A DNA stretch of 64,000 nucleotides from the NCBI GenBank assembly GCA_043800535.1, contig JAZDMV010000008.1, positions 9,251 to 73,250 on the forward strand, given 5' to 3'. Every line of letters starts with the position of its first letter. Position 1 is the first letter of the stretch. Positions 19,109 through 27,956 of the stretch are shown piece by piece. Made by a program: the position numbers and the translations under genes. This stretch comes from a bacterium. Its GTDB lineage: Bacteria; Patescibacteriota; Minisyncoccia; Portnoybacterales; GWB1-42-6. The notes below the pieces were generated by a model. That model saw only the letters and a list, made by a program, of their open reading frames with translations, ran no database searches and was not told the origin of the DNA.

Positions 19109-19924
19109 ATGGATTTATCCGTCATCGTCACTAATTACAAAACACCCGAACTGCTTAAGCTGTGCTTAAAGTCGCTCAAGCAGTTTTTGCCAAATATTAA
19201 GCATGAGGTTTTTGTTATGGATTCGCAATCGGACGAAGATACAGAATTCGTGGTGAAAGAAAATTTTCCCGAATTCCATCTTGTCGCTTTTGAAAAAAAT
19301 ATGGGTTTCCGTGCCCTGGTCAACAACGGCCTGTTTCTGGCAAAAGGCAGATATATTCTCGTTCTCAATTCAGATATTATCTTAACCAAGGGCTCGGTTG
19401 AAACAATGATGCAATATCTTGAAGAAAACGAGGGAGCGGGAATGGTCGGGCCGCAGCTTCTGAGCCTTGACGGCAGCATTCAGGATTCCTGCTTAAGATT
19501 TTTTGGGCCGTTAACGATTTTGGCCAGAAGGACGATTTTTGGCAGAACGAGAACCGGAAAAAAACTGCTGGATAATTTTGTGATGCGCGACTATGATCAT
19601 CAAGCCCCGCGTCAGGCGGACTGGATGCTTGGTTCGGCTTTGCTTGTGTCAAGAACCGCAGTTGAACGAGTGGGCCTGATGGATGACAGATTTTTTATGT
19701 ATTTTGAGGACGTTGACTGGTGCCGCCGTTTCTGGCAGGCCGGCTATAAAGTCGTCTATCTGCCAGGCGCTAAAATGTTTCATTATCATCTGCGGGTCAG
19801 CAAAAAAGTGGGTGGAGTTTTTGATTTATTTATTAACAAATACACCTGGATTCATATTGTAAGCGCGGTGAAGTATTACACAAAATACAAGCATAATTGG
19901 GTCCCAAATTTTTCTAATTTATAA
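19109..19924 (+). CDS. Glycosyltransferase family 2
   Basis: LSVIVTNYKT, VLNSDI and YFEDVDWCRR motifs. Confidence 0.8.
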   Translation: MDLSVIVTNYKTPELLKLCLKSLKQFLPNIKHEVFVMDSQSDEDTEFVVKENFPEFHLVAFEKNMGFRALVNNGLFLAKGRYILVLNSDIILTKGSVETMMQYLEENEGAGMVGPQLLSLDGSIQDSCLRFFGPLTILARRTIFGRTRTGKKLLDNFVMRDYDHQAPRQADWMLGSALLVSRTAVERVGLMDDRFFMYFEDVDWCRRFWQAGYKVVYLPGAKMFHYHLRVSKKVGGVFDLFINKYTWIHIVSAVKYYTKYKHNWVPNFSNL

Positions 19925-19977
19925 TTTTCGAATTTCCTGCCGGAATTAAGAAATTAAGACATTGGTGGATTAATAAA

Positions 19978-21183
19978 ATGCAGAAAAAGATTTTTAGTGC
20001 GTTTGTCATAATTATTTTATTAGCAGGCAGTTTCTACGCCGGTTTCTGGTATGGCCAGAATTTCAGGCCTTCAATAGAAAAAGTCGGCGGTATTTTTAAT
20101 ATGGAAACGGGCAAGCCCGAAAATGTTGACTTCAGTTTATTCTGGGACGCGTGGGCTAAGCTCGAAGAAAAATATGTAAATAGAGCTAAAGTTGATTATC
20201 AAAAAATGGTTTTTGGCGCGATAGACGGCATGGTTAAATCGTTGGGGGATCCATACACGGTCTTTATGCCGCCGGAAGAGGCAAAAAAATTCGGTGAAGA
20301 CATTAAAGGTAGCTTTGACGGCATTGGCGTGGAAATCGGGATGCGTAACAATATCTTAACGGTTGTGGCACCGCTGGAAAATTCACCGGGCAAACGGGCG
20401 GGCCTGCAGGCAGGAGACAAAATTTTAAAAATTGATGATAAAATGACCACTGACCTATCGGTTGATGAAGCGGTCAATCTGATACGCGGGCCAAAGGGAA
20501 CACAGGTGACGCTTACAATTTCGCGGGAGAGTGTAAGGGAACCTAAAGAATTTAAAATCACGCGCGATACAATTCAGGTGCCGATTTTAAAGTATGAAAT
20601 AAAAGATGCGGGCAATAAAAAGATCGCCTATGTGCAGCTTTATCAGTTTACCGAAAATGCGGGGGCTGAATTCAGAAAAGTTGTGAATGAGATACTGGGC
20701 TCTTCAGCAGACGGGATTGTGCTGGATTTGCGCGATAATCCTGGCGGATATCTTGAGGTGGCAGTTGATATAGCCAGCTGGTTTACTGACCGCGGCCAGC
20801 TTATTGTCAGCGAGGATTTTGGAAACGGAAACAAAGACGAGCATAACAGTTTCGGCTACGCTAAATTGAAATCTTATCCGACGGTTGTATTGATAAATCA
20901 GGGTTCTGCTTCGGCTTCGGAGATTCTGGCAGGCGCCCTGCGCGACGACAGGGGCATAAAACTGGTCGGCCAAAAATCATTTGGCAAAGGGTCGGTGCAG
21001 GAATTGGAAGAAATGAGAGGCGGCAGTTCGCTTAAATTAACAGTTGCCAAATGGCTGACGCCTTCCGGTCATTCCATCATGGAGCAGGGGCTTGAGCCGG
21101 ACGAAAAAGTTGATCTGACGCAAGCTGACTTTGACGCGGGCAAAGATCCGCAGCTGGATAAGGCGTTGGAGATGTTGAAATGA
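19978..21183 (+). CDS. ctpA: Carboxy-terminal processing peptidase (S41, CtpA/Prc)
   Basis: PDZ segment GLQAGDKILKIDD and S41 catalytic region VVLINQGSASASEILAGAL...GQKSFGKGSVQ. Confidence 0.85.
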   Translation: MQKKIFSAFVIIILLAGSFYAGFWYGQNFRPSIEKVGGIFNMETGKPENVDFSLFWDAWAKLEEKYVNRAKVDYQKMVFGAIDGMVKSLGDPYTVFMPPEEAKKFGEDIKGSFDGIGVEIGMRNNILTVVAPLENSPGKRAGLQAGDKILKIDDKMTTDLSVDEAVNLIRGPKGTQVTLTISRESVREPKEFKITRDTIQVPILKYEIKDAGNKKIAYVQLYQFTENAGAEFRKVVNEILGSSADGIVLDLRDNPGGYLEVAVDIASWFTDRGQLIVSEDFGNGNKDEHNSFGYAKLKSYPTVVLINQGSASASEILAGALRDDRGIKLVGQKSFGKGSVQELEEMRGGSSLKLTVAKWLTPSGHSIMEQGLEPDEKVDLTQADFDAGKDPQLDKALEMLK

Positions 21184-21452
21184 TAAGGTCCGCGGCAATA
21201 CAGATTTTTGGCGAAGTACAGGGTGTTTTTTTTCGGGCGTTTGTTAAAGAAAGAGCCGATGAATTGGGCCTATCTGGTTGGGCGCGCAATGCGGCGGGCG
21301 GGATAGTGGAAATTGTGGCCGAGGGCAAGGAAGAAAATTTAAAAAAATTGATTGAGTATTGCAAAGAAGGCCCGAAATTTGCTAAAGTAGATAGAGTTGA
21401 AGTAAAATGGATTGAAGCGGAAGGAAAACTCAAGACATTTGAAATAAAATGA
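21180..21452 (+). CDS. acyP: Acylphosphatase
   Basis: VQGVFFRAF...GWARN..G.VE motifs; start overlaps the ctpA stop (ATGA). Confidence 0.8.
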   Translation: MIRSAAIQIFGEVQGVFFRAFVKERADELGLSGWARNAAGGIVEIVAEGKEENLKKLIEYCKEGPKFAKVDRVEVKWIEAEGKLKTFEIK

Positions 21453-21461
21453 CGCAGTAGC

Positions 21462-21556
21462 GTCATCCAGAGGCGCGCAGCGCCGAAGGATCCCGCGCGA
21501 TGACAGTTATTGACTTAGCGGACGGGATTGCTTCGTCGTTTCACTCCTCGCAATGA
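21462..21556. repeat. Hairpin repeat related to the AATGACA family (GGATCCCGCGCGATGACAG...CTCCTCGCAATGACAAA)
   Basis: Shares the tail GATTGC..CG.CG.TTC.CTCCTC.CAATGACA with 35930-36002. Confidence 0.6.
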
Positions 21557-21568
21557 CAAAAATGAGCT

Positions 21569-22033
21569 ATGAAAATTATTCTCTTAAAGGACGTAGAAAA
21601 ATTAGGAAAGAGATTTGACGTTAAAGACGTGGCAGACGGATTTGCCCGGAATTTTTTGCTGCCAAAAGGTTTGGCAAAACCGGCAACCGGATCCGCTCTC
21701 AAGAGCTTAGAGGCAGAGAAGGCGGCAGCGGAAACGGCGGCTGAAATGGATTTGAAAGTGGCGGAAGAGGCAGTGGCCGGGCTGGATGGCCAGGAAATAG
21801 AAATAAAAGCAAAAGCAGGCGAAGACGGCAAATTATACGGCGCAATAACGCCAGTCAAAATCGTAAAAATTTTAAAAGACAAAGGATTTAATGTAAAAAA
21901 GAATCAGGTCAAGCTGGCGTTGCCCATCAAAGAAATAGGGGAGTATGATATTGTTTTGGAACTGTCACACGGGCTGGAGGCAAAAGTCAAAATTATTGTT
22001 ACAGAAGAAGAACGCGCCCCGGAAGAAATTTAA
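21569..22033 (+). CDS. rplI: 50S ribosomal protein L9
   Basis: MKIILLKDVEKLGKRFDVKDVADGFARNFLLPKGLA N-terminus. Confidence 0.9.
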   Translation: MKIILLKDVEKLGKRFDVKDVADGFARNFLLPKGLAKPATGSALKSLEAEKAAAETAAEMDLKVAEEAVAGLDGQEIEIKAKAGEDGKLYGAITPVKIVKILKDKGFNVKKNQVKLALPIKEIGEYDIVLELSHGLEAKVKIIVTEEERAPEEI

Positions 22034-22117
22034 TTGCATCAGGAATCATGAATCAAGAGCCGTGAATTTTAAGATATAATTCTTAATTTACGATTCTTAA
22101 TTCATGATTCAAGTTTT

Positions 22118-23746
22118 GTGGCCAAATATATTTTTGTCGCAGGAGGGGTCATGTCTGGCGTGGGCAAAGGAGTCGCAACCGCTTCCATCGGCAAAATCAT
22201 CCAGGCGCGCGGTTTTTCCGTTACCGCCATAAAAATTGACCCATATGTAAACGTTGACGCGGGCACAATGAACCCCACCGAACACGGTGAGGTTTTTGTT
22301 TTGGATGAGGGAACGGAATGCGACCAGGACATGGGAAATTATGAGCGGTTTTTAGGCGTTGATCTACCTGCGGCAAATTATATGACAACGGGCAGTATTT
22401 ATGAAACGGTTATCAGGCGCGAGCGCAATATGGGATATGAAGGGAAATGTGTTGAAGTTGTGCCGCATATTCCGCTGGAAGTGATAGACAGGATAGAAAA
22501 AGCTGTCAAAAGATCCAAGGCAGACTTTATTATGATTGAAATTGGCGGAACGGTCGGCGAATACCAAAATGTTTTGTTCCTGGAGGCGGCAAGGATGTTA
22601 AAATTAAAAAAGCCAAAAGACGTGCTTTTTGTTTTGGTGAGCTACCTGCCTATACCGAGCAAAATCGGCGAGATGAAGACAAAGCCGACGCAATACGCGG
22701 TGCGTACGCTAAATTCTGCAGGCATCCAGCCGGATTTTATTCTTGCGCGCGCGGCCGTTCCTTTGGACAAAAAAAGAAAAGAGAAGATCGCGTTAAATTG
22801 CAATATGCACGAACAGGATGTTATTTCTGCGCCAGACATAGAAACAATTTATGAGGTGCCGACAAATTTTGAAAAAGACAAACTGAGCGATTTGATTCTT
22901 GAAAAACTGGAAATTAAATCAAGGCAGTCGGATTTAAAAGAATGGAAAGAATTGACCAGGATTGTCAGGAACGCAAAAAAGCCAGTGAAAATTGGAATCG
23001 TGGGAAAATATTTTGGCACGGGTGATTTTATTTTATCTGACGCCTACCTTTCCGTTATTGAGGCGATTAAACACGCGGCGTTTTTCCACAAAAGAAAACC
23101 TGTGGCTGAGTGGATAAATGCGGAAAAATTTGAGCAAGACCTAAGGTCAGTAAAAGAGTTGAAACAGTATGACGGCATTATTGTGCCGGGCGGTTTTGGT
23201 TCGCGGGGCATTGAAGGAAAAATTAAAGCAATTGAATTTTGCCGCAAAAATAAAATTCCATTTCTGGGACTATGCTATGGCATGCAATTGGCCGTAATTG
23301 AATTTGCGCGGCACGTCTGCGGGCTGAAAGGCGCGCACACGACCGAAATTGACAGAGAGACAAAAAATCCGGTGGTTGATATAATGCCTGAACAGAAGAA
23401 AAATCTTGAAGATAAAAATTACGGTGCCACAATGCGGCTGGGCGCGTATCCGGCGGCTCTAGCAATGCGCACGCAGGCATTCGCCGCGTATAAAAAGCAT
23501 TTGATTTCCGAACGCCACCGCCACCGATGGGAAGTGAATCCGGAATATATAGAGACGCTTGAGAAAAATGGACTTGTGTTTTCTGGTAAATCGCCTGACG
23601 GAAGATTAATGGAAATCGCCGAGCTACCGGCAAGGGAACATCCGTTTTTTCTTGGCACGCAGTTTCATCCGGAATTTAAATCGCGGCCGCTTGACCCACA
23701 TCCGTTGTTTAGGGAGTTTATAGGGGCAGCAATTTCGCGGAAATAA
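22118..23746 (+). CDS. pyrG: CTP synthase
   Basis: GTG start; KYIFVAGGVMSGVGKG N-terminus and C-terminal glutamine amidotransferase domain (GLCYGMQL, HRHRWEVN). Confidence 0.95.
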   Translation: MAKYIFVAGGVMSGVGKGVATASIGKIIQARGFSVTAIKIDPYVNVDAGTMNPTEHGEVFVLDEGTECDQDMGNYERFLGVDLPAANYMTTGSIYETVIRRERNMGYEGKCVEVVPHIPLEVIDRIEKAVKRSKADFIMIEIGGTVGEYQNVLFLEAARMLKLKKPKDVLFVLVSYLPIPSKIGEMKTKPTQYAVRTLNSAGIQPDFILARAAVPLDKKRKEKIALNCNMHEQDVISAPDIETIYEVPTNFEKDKLSDLILEKLEIKSRQSDLKEWKELTRIVRNAKKPVKIGIVGKYFGTGDFILSDAYLSVIEAIKHAAFFHKRKPVAEWINAEKFEQDLRSVKELKQYDGIIVPGGFGSRGIEGKIKAIEFCRKNKIPFLGLCYGMQLAVIEFARHVCGLKGAHTTEIDRETKNPVVDIMPEQKKNLEDKNYGATMRLGAYPAALAMRTQAFAAYKKHLISERHRHRWEVNPEYIETLEKNGLVFSGKSPDGRLMEIAELPAREHPFFLGTQFHPEFKSRPLDPHPLFREFIGAAISRK

Positions 23747-23748
23747 AG

Positions 23749-23778
23749 CACCCCTCTTTTGTGAAGAGGGGGCAAGGA
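23749..23778. terminator. Bidirectional terminator between pyrG and rpmA
   Basis: CCCCTCTTTT-gtg-AAGAGGGG hairpin. Confidence 0.55.
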
Positions 23779-23796
23779 GATATGTGGCAGAGCGGA

Positions 23797-24078
23797 TTAC
23801 TTTTTCGCGATTACATTAACAATTTTTGCTTCTCGTCTGTTCCCGTCAAATCTTGTGACATTTTTTGTTTTAAATTCCACAACGCCTTCTTTTAAAGAAT
23901 AAATCGTGTCGTCTGAGCCATATTTTGTGTTTTTGCCGGCAATGAATTTTGTGCCTCGCTGGCGGACGATAATAGAGCCGGGCTTGGCTTTTTCGCCGGC
24001 AAAGAGCTTAACGCCTAAGTATTTAGGTTGGGAATCGCGGCCAAGACGAGATGTGCCGGCCGCCTTTGTATGCGCCAT
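23797..24078 (-). CDS. rpmA: 50S ribosomal protein L27
   Basis: [24 protein letters not shown]... conserved L27 sequence. Confidence 0.9.
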   Translation of the reverse strand: MAHTKAAGTSRLGRDSQPKYLGVKLFAGEKAKPGSIIVRQRGTKFIAGKNTKYGSDDTIYSLKEGVVEFKTKNVTRFDGNRREAKIVNVIAKK

Positions 24079-24158
24079 ATTATAGTTATATGTTTAAAGT
24101 TAAAAGTGTAAAATTGCAGAAAAATATAACAAATAAAGCATAGCAAATAAAAAGTGCG

Positions 24159-24593
24159 ATGTCAACGTCAGAAAAAGCAATTAAAATAGGGGAGTGGGCA
24201 AAGAAAAATCAGGGCGATATAGCGCTTGTGGCGGGATTTGTTTTAGTTGCCCTGATAAGCTTTGGGCTCGGTTATCTTAGCGCCCCCGGTGTTTCAAAAA
24301 GCGAACTTAAAATACAGGATTTGCAGTCCGACATCAGCCAGACGGCGGTGGACGCGGTAGTGGGGGACGGTGCGGCGGTTAACATGGGCAATTCGCAGCC
24401 GAGCACGGAAAAAGGCACTATTGTTGCGTCAAAATACGGCACAAAATATCACTGGCCCTGGTGTAGTTTTGCAAAAAATATAAAACCGGAAAATGAAGTT
24501 TGGTTCAAGACCGAGGCCGAAGCGAAGGCAGCAGGGTATTCGGCCTGTGGCTGTATCAAAAGCAAAGCGCCGGCAGGATACACGGCGCAATGA
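24159..24593 (+). CDS. Membrane-anchored protein with C-terminal Ada-type zinc-binding motif
   Basis: N-terminal TM. C-terminus YHWPWCSFAKNIKPENEVWFKTEAEAKAAGYSACGC matches the Ada N-terminal metal-binding pattern (C...ikpeN.v.F...EA..AGy.pC..C). Confidence 0.55.
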   Translation: MSTSEKAIKIGEWAKKNQGDIALVAGFVLVALISFGLGYLSAPGVSKSELKIQDLQSDISQTAVDAVVGDGAAVNMGNSQPSTEKGTIVASKYGTKYHWPWCSFAKNIKPENEVWFKTEAEAKAAGYSACGCIKSKAPAGYTAQ

Positions 24594-24613
24594 AATCCTT
24601 AGAAGCTTACTAG

Positions 24614-24651
24614 ACATACACTCCCGTGCTCCCGAGCACGGGAGTGTATGT
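24614..24651. repeat. 38-nt perfect palindrome, copy 2 of the CATAC(T/A)CTCCCGTGCTCC family
   Basis: ACATACACTCCCGTGCTCCCGAGCACGGGAGTGTATGT, 21 nt after the stop of the upstream gene. Confidence 0.9.
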
Positions 24652-24689
24652 GCGATTGGTGTTTTGATGGGAAATAGGGAAAAAATCGT

Positions 24690-24791
24690 GCATGTAATTC
24701 TTTCATACTTGCAAGCAGGAAAGAATTACAGGAAGTATGCATAATGTAAGAATTTTAAAGACCCTGCGGTTTGGCAGGGTCTTTTTTGCGT
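24690..24791 (+). ncRNA. Candidate small RNA: 11-bp perfect hairpin followed by an intrinsic terminator
   Basis: GTAATTCTTTC-14 nt-GAAAGAATTAC, then GACCCTGC-ggtttg-GCAGGGTC TTTTTTG. No convincing ORF. Confidence 0.25.
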
Positions 24792-24870
24792 ATTGCGGGA
24801 ATGGCGGAGAAAAAAGAAAAATGGCTGACGAAATAAGCTTGTCAGCCATTGGATTTGGGTGCGTTAGTAT

Positions 24871-25161
24871 TCAGGTTTGCGCGGAAAATTTTCGCTCGAG
24901 TCGCTCAGTCAGACAATAAGACAATACTGCGATTGCAGAACAAAGGAGCCCAAGGATGTATATGGTTACGTAGAATTGGGTAGAAAAGCATACATTCCAA
25001 ATTTGCTTGAGGATCGTGGTTCTGTCAAATAGAAATATTGCAGAACCCGCTCCGATGAGCCAGCAGGCCGCAAGCCCAAAAAAGAACATAGACAGACGCG
25101 CAAGCGCCAGGGGCCAATATACTGATATGCGATAATGCGGATAAGTTCGAACACTTGCCAT
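24871..25161 (-). CDS. Small membrane protein (96 aa, 3 TM)
   Basis: RBS ACGGAGGTG 4 nt upstream of ATG; hydrophobic. Confidence 0.45.
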   Translation of the reverse strand: MASVRTYPHYRISVYWPLALARLSMFFFGLAACWLIGAGSAIFLFDRTTILKQIWNVCFSTQFYVTIYILGLLCSAIAVLSYCLTERLERKFSAQT

Positions 25162-25329
25162 AGCGCACCTCCGTGAGTTTATTTTTGAAGAACTTGGAGG
25201 GGAACCGTTTTGGTTCCCCTCGGGCAGAAAAGGGGCGGGAAGGAGTCGAACGATCCGCCACGTAAACTTAAGTGGTTATGCCAGATCACCCCTGCCTTAG
25301 AGTCACTTTATTAGAAGCGAAGCCAAAAG

Positions 25330-26490
25330 TCAATTTTTTGACCTTTTATTTTTTGTCGGCGTCAAGGCCTTGAACTCTTTGTGTATTTTTTTTGCCTTTT
25401 CTGCTTTTTGCCGCAGATCAGGCGGCAGTTCTTTTATCACTTTTTTCAATTTTATCTCATCAAGCTTCAGAACATCGTTCAAGCGCCCGAGCGGCTCAAG
25501 GATGTCTTTTATCATCTGCCAGTCATATTTGAAGCGTTGGATCGTCTGGCGAGTGATGTAACCGTCATCGCCGAACAGCCGTTCCAGGCCTTCCTGGTCC
25601 ATGAATTTTGAAAAATCTGATTTTATCTGGCCTATTTTTTTGTCGCGTTCATCAATTTCGTCTTTAAGCTGGAAATATTCGCCAATTAGCGCTTTGACGT
25701 CCTGGTCGTTGAAAATTATTTTTTCTTCTTTGAATTTATGTTTGAAAAGGGGACACCATCGCTGATAGGCGCACCAGTCGCAAAGAGGATTCGGCACGGG
25801 CGGGAATTTTTCTTCAGAATGTGCTTTTTTGATCTTTTCCAGCATTCCGATAGCTCCTTCTTGTGTCTGTGTCAAATCATTAGCCGAGCGCAGGGAAGAA
25901 AGTTTCTCGCCGTGCTTCAAATAATATAAGCTGACTTTTACCGGCCGATCTTCTTCTTTTATTTTCGGCCAGCGGTTGGCGAGGCCCAGGTGATATAGAG
26001 AAAGCTGCAGATCCGTGTCCACGTTTTTTTGCGCGGGCATTTTTTTTGTCGTTTTATAATCAATTACCTCAAACGCATCATTTTCTATTTTATCAATGCG
26101 GTCAATTTTGCCCGTGATAAAATGGGTTTCTTGGCCTATGGACATAGGCACCTCAAAAGGCGTCTCTAGTGCCAATATATCAAATTGTTGTCCGGAATTT
26201 TTTGCAAAATAATTTTTTAAGATCTGGACGCCTTGCGCAAAAGCCGCGGCTTCCTGCCGCGGATCTGGAAATATATCTGGCTGCCAGTTCTGGCTCCAAA
26301 AACTGAGCAGGTCCTCTTCAGTAGGGGAGAAAGGCCGGCCGGGGTCGTGAAAATGCTTGAGGGCAGAATGAATTAAGGTTCCAAAAATCGCGTCGCCGGA
26401 TTTTGGGACTTTTATTTTATCAATATATTGAAATTTATATTTTGCCGGACACAATTTAAAAGTGTCCAAAGCGGAGTAGGAGAGGCGCAT
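25330..26490 (-). CDS. PD-(D/E)XK nuclease (RecB/Cas4-like) with C-terminal Cys cluster
   Basis: MRLSYSALDTFKLCPAKYKFQYI start typical of the PDDEXK_1 family, EVIDYKT catalytic motif and C-terminal CDWCAYQRWC. The ORF extends to 26568 but the family-consistent ATG is at 26490. Confidence 0.75.
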   Translation of the reverse strand: MRLSYSALDTFKLCPAKYKFQYIDKIKVPKSGDAIFGTLIHSALKHFHDPGRPFSPTEEDLLSFWSQNWQPDIFPDPRQEAAAFAQGVQILKNYFAKNSGQQFDILALETPFEVPMSIGQETHFITGKIDRIDKIENDAFEVIDYKTTKKMPAQKNVDTDLQLSLYHLGLANRWPKIKEEDRPVKVSLYYLKHGEKLSSLRSANDLTQTQEGAIGMLEKIKKAHSEEKFPPVPNPLCDWCAYQRWCPLFKHKFKEEKIIFNDQDVKALIGEYFQLKDEIDERDKKIGQIKSDFSKFMDQEGLERLFGDDGYITRQTIQRFKYDWQMIKDILEPLGRLNDVLKLDEIKLKKVIKELPPDLRQKAEKAKKIHKEFKALTPTKNKRSKN

Positions 26491-26634
26491 AAAAGATGTT
26501 TCACCACCTAGAGGGGATATGAAGGTTTTGCCTATATAGGACGTCGCACAACATTCCTTTTGCGACACATTATATTAAGAAAGCGGAGAGGGGGCTGGCT
26601 ATATTGTTCGGGCTTAGCGATAGCTACTCTTAAA

Positions 26635-27024
26635 TTATTTTATCAATTCCCCTATTTGTTTGAATATATTTTTTCCTAACGCAATTATATTATCTATTAC
26701 CTCCCCTGAAAAACGGATAAAATCAGAAAAAATACTTTTTATGTTTTTGTCGCCGTTTTGCTCTTTAAATTGATTTATAAGGTCTTTGACCGCCGGCTGG
26801 CCTGCCTGGTCTGTTGCCGAGGCATATATGGCGGCCTGGCCCCAGGCCTCCCCAGCCGATAAGGCCCGAAAAGACGGGCTCAAACCCAGCTCCCCAGGCA
26901 CATTTTTGACCCAAACCAGCCTCTGAGCCAGCCCCTGGCCCAAAAGCCCTTCCTGGGCCAAAATAAGGCCTTCTGAGCCGAACATAACGATTAAAAAGGC
27001 GATGACCATGAGTCTTTTAGGCAT
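26635..27024 (-). CDS. Small secreted protein with amphipathic C-terminal helix
   Basis: Signal-peptide-like MPKRLMVIAFLIVMFGSEG; C-terminus IFSDFIRFSGEVIDNIIALGKNIFKQIGELIK. Starts 40 nt after the radical SAM stop on the same strand. The ORF opens at a GTG at 27054; first ATG is at 27024. Confidence 0.45.
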   Translation of the reverse strand: MPKRLMVIAFLIVMFGSEGLILAQEGLLGQGLAQRLVWVKNVPGELGLSPSFRALSAGEAWGQAAIYASATDQAGQPAVKDLINQFKEQNGDKNIKSIFSDFIRFSGEVIDNIIALGKNIFKQIGELIK

Positions 27025-27064
27025 ATATTTGAGATGGTTAGTATTATGTCGCACAATAATATGA

Positions 27065-27931
27065 CTAAGCTTCTACTCGCCACATGTTATTTGAAGTTGT
27101 CTGCCAAAGCATGCTCTCGCCTATCAGGTTCATAAACTTCTGTTTTGAGATATTTTTGAAATCGCCGCAGTCAAAATATTGATTGCCTTTTGATTTTAAT
27201 ATCCGCGACCGGGCGCTGATTATAAGATATACAGAATTTGTGCGGCTTACGTTATGTCTGCGGCTGACATTTGATAGGTTGCTAAACTTTTTGATAGTTT
27301 GGCTGGCAATCTGGCTGAATTCTTTTTCGGAAATAAAAAATTTTTTCTTATTTTTTTTCCCCTGCCCCAAGTCAAGGAATTTTAGCAGTCGCCAGGCGTC
27401 CGGCTGATATAAATTTCTCGCCTGAAAAAGCACTTTTCCAATATCTATGATATTATTTTTATTTATTTTGGAAACGAGAGTGGAAATCTTTATTTTAAAA
27501 TTAGGCTTGTGTTTCTTAAAATATTTTAAAAGATTGACGGTAGTCTTGAATTGGTCAAACGAAGATCTGATTTTGGCGCTGTCTTTTGGAGTTGCACCGT
27601 CCAAAGGCAGGCCGAGCCACTGTATGCATTTATTCAATATATCAATTCTCTTTGGCGTAAAGGCTAGTCCGTTGGTAGCAAAAGAGATTTTAAACTTTTT
27701 TTTATGCGCGTATTCAAAGATTTGTGGCGCGTCTGGCCGTAAAAAAACTTCGCCGCCAAGAATTCCCAAGCGTTCAAACCCAAAATTTTTTATTTTATCT
27801 ATTATTTTTTTGACAGTTTTAAGATCCTCTCCATATACATCGCGCGAATCCCGGTAACAAAATTCACAGTTTGAATTGCAAAGGCCGGTGACGCGCAAAT
27901 AAATTGTTGTATTTTTTACCAAATCCAGCAT
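27065..27931 (-). CDS. Radical SAM enzyme (MoaA/PqqE-like core, no SPASM cysteine cluster)
   Basis: CNSNCEFC (CxxxCxxC), GGEVFL SAM-binding motif and a TNG motif. Confidence 0.8.
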   Translation of the reverse strand: MLDLVKNTTIYLRVTGLCNSNCEFCYRDSRDVYGEDLKTVKKIIDKIKNFGFERLGILGGEVFLRPDAPQIFEYAHKKKFKISFATNGLAFTPKRIDILNKCIQWLGLPLDGATPKDSAKIRSSFDQFKTTVNLLKYFKKHKPNFKIKISTLVSKINKNNIIDIGKVLFQARNLYQPDAWRLLKFLDLGQGKKNKKKFFISEKEFSQIASQTIKKFSNLSNVSRRHNVSRTNSVYLIISARSRILKSKGNQYFDCGDFKNISKQKFMNLIGESMLWQTTSNNMWRVEA

Positions 27932-27956
27932 GCAAAAAGAAAACTGGCCGGTTTGT

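Noticed and set aside
22141-22152. Perfect AGGAGG plus ATG inside the 5' end of pyrG
   Set aside because: The conserved CTP synthase N-terminus (KYIFVAGGVMSGVGKG) begins upstream at the GTG at 22118. The AGGAGG encodes the conserved Gly-Gly and is coincidental.
24493-24744. 83-aa + ORF containing the peptide SRAPEHGSVC
   Set aside because: It is simply a reading frame through palindrome copy 2 and the sRNA-like hairpins, overlapping the end of the upstream gene. The same peptide appears wherever the palindrome is read.
25195-25320. tRNA-like segment with a T-loop-like GTTCGACTCC downstream of the nuclease gene
   Set aside because: No acceptor or T-stem pairing supports a cloverleaf. It folds instead as a GC hairpin (GGGGAACC-gttt-tGGTTCCCC) plus two small stems. 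It may be a UTR structure or tRNA remnant, not a tRNA or tmRNA gene.
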